A stretch of DNA of 53,529 bases from Chiloscyllium plagiosum. Its lineage: Eukaryota. Below, in pieces: positions 50,790 to 53,529 of this stretch. Within the stretch, counting starts at the first letter, position 1; every line of letters begins with the position of its first letter. The notes below the pieces were generated by a model. It saw only the letters and a program-made list of their open reading frames with translations, was not told the origin of the DNA and searched no databases. A program made the translations under genes and the position numbers. The stretch is taken from contig NC_057718.1 of the NCBI RefSeq assembly GCF_004010195.1, forward strand, positions 29,078,466 to 29,131,994. The letters are read 5' to 3'.

Positions 50790-51870
50790 AACGGTACAGG
50801 TTCTAGCAACATTCTAACAATAGTACTGAAGTCTGATGCTTCAGATCTTGTTGCACTTGAATATGGACTACTTTAGTATCTGAGGAGTTACAAATGGTAC
50901 CAAACATTGATGTTCATTGATAGTTGCACATTCTCCCTGGTCAAGCTATTCTGGTATAGTTAGAACACTGGCAACTGGCCAACAATGTAGAAAATTGCTC
51001 AGGGATATCCTGTGCACGAAACGCAGGACAAATCCAACCCAGCCAATTACTGCCCCATCAGTCCACTTTCAATCATCAAAGTGGCATAAGTTATCATCAA
51101 CAGTGCCATTAAGCAGCACCTGCTCAGCAATAACCTGCTCAGTGATGCCCAGTTTGAGTTCTGCCAAGGCTACTCAGCTCCTGACCTCATTACAGCCTTG
51201 GTTCAAATATGGACAAAAGAGCTGAATACCAGAGGGGAGATGAGAGTGACAGCCCTTGACACTAATAAAATAGGAATCACGGGAAAATTCTCTGCTGGTT
51301 GGAGTCATATCTAGCACGAAGGAAGAAGGTTGTAGTTGTTGGAGGTCAGTCATCCCAGCTCTAGGATATCGCTGCAGAAGATCCTCAGAGTAATGACCCA
51401 GGTCCAACTATTTTCAGCTACTTCAATGACCTTCCCTTCATCATAAGGTCAGAAATGGATATGTTCACTGATATTTGCACTATGTTTGGCACCATTCACA
51501 ACTCCCTTTTTCCAAGTATGGTGATGGAGAGCACGAGGGGGCATAGCTTTAAATTGAGGGGTGATAGATATAGGACAGATGTCAGAGGTAGTTTCTTTAC
51601 TCAGAGAGTAGTAAGGGTATGGAATGCTTTGCCTACAACGGTAATAGATTCGCCAACTTTAAGTACATTTAAGTCGTCACTGGATAAGCATATGGACGTA
51701 CATGGAATAGTGTAGGTTAGATGGGCTTCAGATTGGTATGACAGGTCGGCGCAACATCGAGGGCCGAAGGGCCTGTACTGCGCTGTAATGTTCTATGTTC
51801 TATGTTCCCCAGATACTGAATTAATCCATGTTTAAATGGAACAAGATCTGGACAACATCCAGACTTGGTC
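50790..51870 (+). mobile_element. L2/CR1-group LINE fragment with nested CR1 tail (51505-51806)
   Basis: Same family as 14220-15190 in opposite orientation; insert encodes TRGHSFKLRGDRYRTDVRGSFFTQRVVRVWNALP. Confidence 0.8.
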
Positions 51871-52169
51871 ATTCTTCAACATCAGTCCTTACAAGGTGGC
51901 GGATTTGTAGGCATCAACTTTTGTCAATAATAGCATTGCCATCTCTCCACACTCCTTCCTCTCGTTACATTAACAATCTTGGTGTTTTTGTAGCTCATTT
52001 ACCGTTTCCCTCACCTCCCTTCAGAAAACAAATTCATTCCTTGGTCTAGTTCCCCCTCAGATTAATTACCAGCTTGCCTCTTCTCATGGAAAAAAAAAGT
52101 CAAAGCAACAGCAGTTTTAAAAGGGAGAAGAAGAGACAAAGGAAGCACATGGTGAGGACAGTGCAGGGA

Positions 52170-52203
52170 AGAGAGAGAGAGAGAGAGATAGATAGAGAGA
52201 GAG
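52170..52203 (+). repeat. (GA)n/(GATA) microsatellite
   Basis: agagagagagagagagagatagatagagagagag. Confidence 0.9.
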
Positions 52204-52539
52204 AACCTTTGCTGTTTTGAATTCATGTATCATTGGACTTCGGAGTGTGTCTGGGAAAATTAACAAACAGTGAATTTCACAACTAATCTTGGAGGAACCT
52301 GTTTGGACGAAGTTCGCAACACAGAATCAGATAAGTGAATCGTTGTTTTAAGTCTGTCCAATACAAAGGCTGCAGTAGTGAGTAGAGTGGGTTCTTTCTT
52401 GACTATGTGTTTTTGGAGATATGTCTCTTGATTAAACTTAAAATATAAGCCATTACTATTAATTTAACCTGGGGCAGTGTTTTGTAGAGGAATAAGACGG
52501 TGTTATTTTCTGAGTCTGTAGATTGTGAAGGAGTAAAAA

Positions 52540-53474
52540 AGGCCTTTAGTACAGTGATACGTACTTCTTGTCAGATGTGGGAGTTTAAAGTGAGTTTAAA
52601 TGTTACTGCGGATTATATCTGCCATAAATGCTGTTGGATGCGAATCTTATCAGATCGAGTGGATCGGTTGGAGAGACAGATAGAAGCAATGAGGAATTTG
52701 CAACAGCAACAGTATGTGATGGATGGCAGTTATAGGAAGGGGGGAAAGTCTCAGATACAGTCACATAGATGGGTTAACTCCAGGAAAGGTAAGAGAGGTA
52801 AGCACCTAGGGCAGGTGTCTTTTCTGGATGTACCCATTTCAAACAGGTATGCTGTTTTGGAAAATGTAGGGGGTGATGGATTCTCAGGGGAACGTAGCAC
52901 GAACAGCCAAGTTGCTGGTATTGAGACTGGCTCTAATGCAATGAGGGGTACGTCGGATTCCAAGAGATCAATTGTGTTAGGGGATTCTGTAGTCTGAGGT
53001 ACAGATAGACATTTCTGTGGCCAGCAGCGAAAAAGAAGAATGGTGTGTTGTTTCCCTGGTGCCAGGATCAAGGATGTCTCAGGGCGGGTGCAGAATGTTC
53101 TCACGGGGGAGAAGGGCCAGCAAGAGGTCATTGTCCACATTGGAACCAATGACATAGGAAGGGAAAAGGTTGAAATTCTGAAGGGAGATTACAGAGAGTT
53201 AGGCAGAAATTTAAAAAGGAGGTCCTCAAGGGTAGTAATATCCGGATTACTCCCAGTGGTATGAGCTAGTGAGGGCAGGAATAGGAGGATAGAGCAGATG
53301 AATGTATGGCTGAGGGGCTGGTGTATGGGAGAAGGATTCACATTTTTGGATCATTAGAATCTCTTCTGGGGTAGAAGTGACCTGTACAAGAAGGACGGAT
53401 TGCACCTAAATTGGAAGGGGACTAATATACTGGCAGGGAAATTTGCTAGAACTGCTTGGGAGGATTTAAACTAG
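52540..53474 (+). pseudogene. CR1 LINE ORF1 (zinc finger, coiled coil, SGNH esterase domain), inactivated; upstream ~52100-52540 is probable 5' UTR
   Basis: TSCQMWE...YICHKC, LSDRVDRLERQI, IVLGDSVV*GTD (GDS motif), CCFPGA, VHIGTND and DGLHLN esterase blocks; in-frame TGA stops; TAG at 53472-53474. The element runs off the window end. Confidence 0.9.
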
Positions 53475-53529
53475 TAAGGTGAGGGGTGGGGACCCAGGGA
53501 GATAGTGAGGAAAGAGATCAATCTGAGAC

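Overview
Eukaryotic, AT-rich, repeat-dense genomic DNA, most likely from a shark (inferred from HE1-type SINEs and CR1/HER1-type LINE tails). The only host coding sequence I can support is two consecutive minus-strand exons of a TTC7-family TPR gene, best matching TTC7A (44120-44192 and 41833-41993). The rest appears intronic and is filled with decayed CR1, L2-like, Rex1/Babar, Gypsy, Harbinger-like and SINE fragments. Two things stand out. First, at least eight short Penelope-like insertions are built as fold-back inverted repeats carrying minimal hammerhead-ribozyme motifs, in two sequence families with covarying stems. Second, a repeat-spacer-like array sits inside a solo LTR (36501-37392), where one motif (TATAACCAGGA[CAGGGGG]) recurs five times, separating serially inserted retroelement pieces. 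Family assignments come from motif recall, not database searches.
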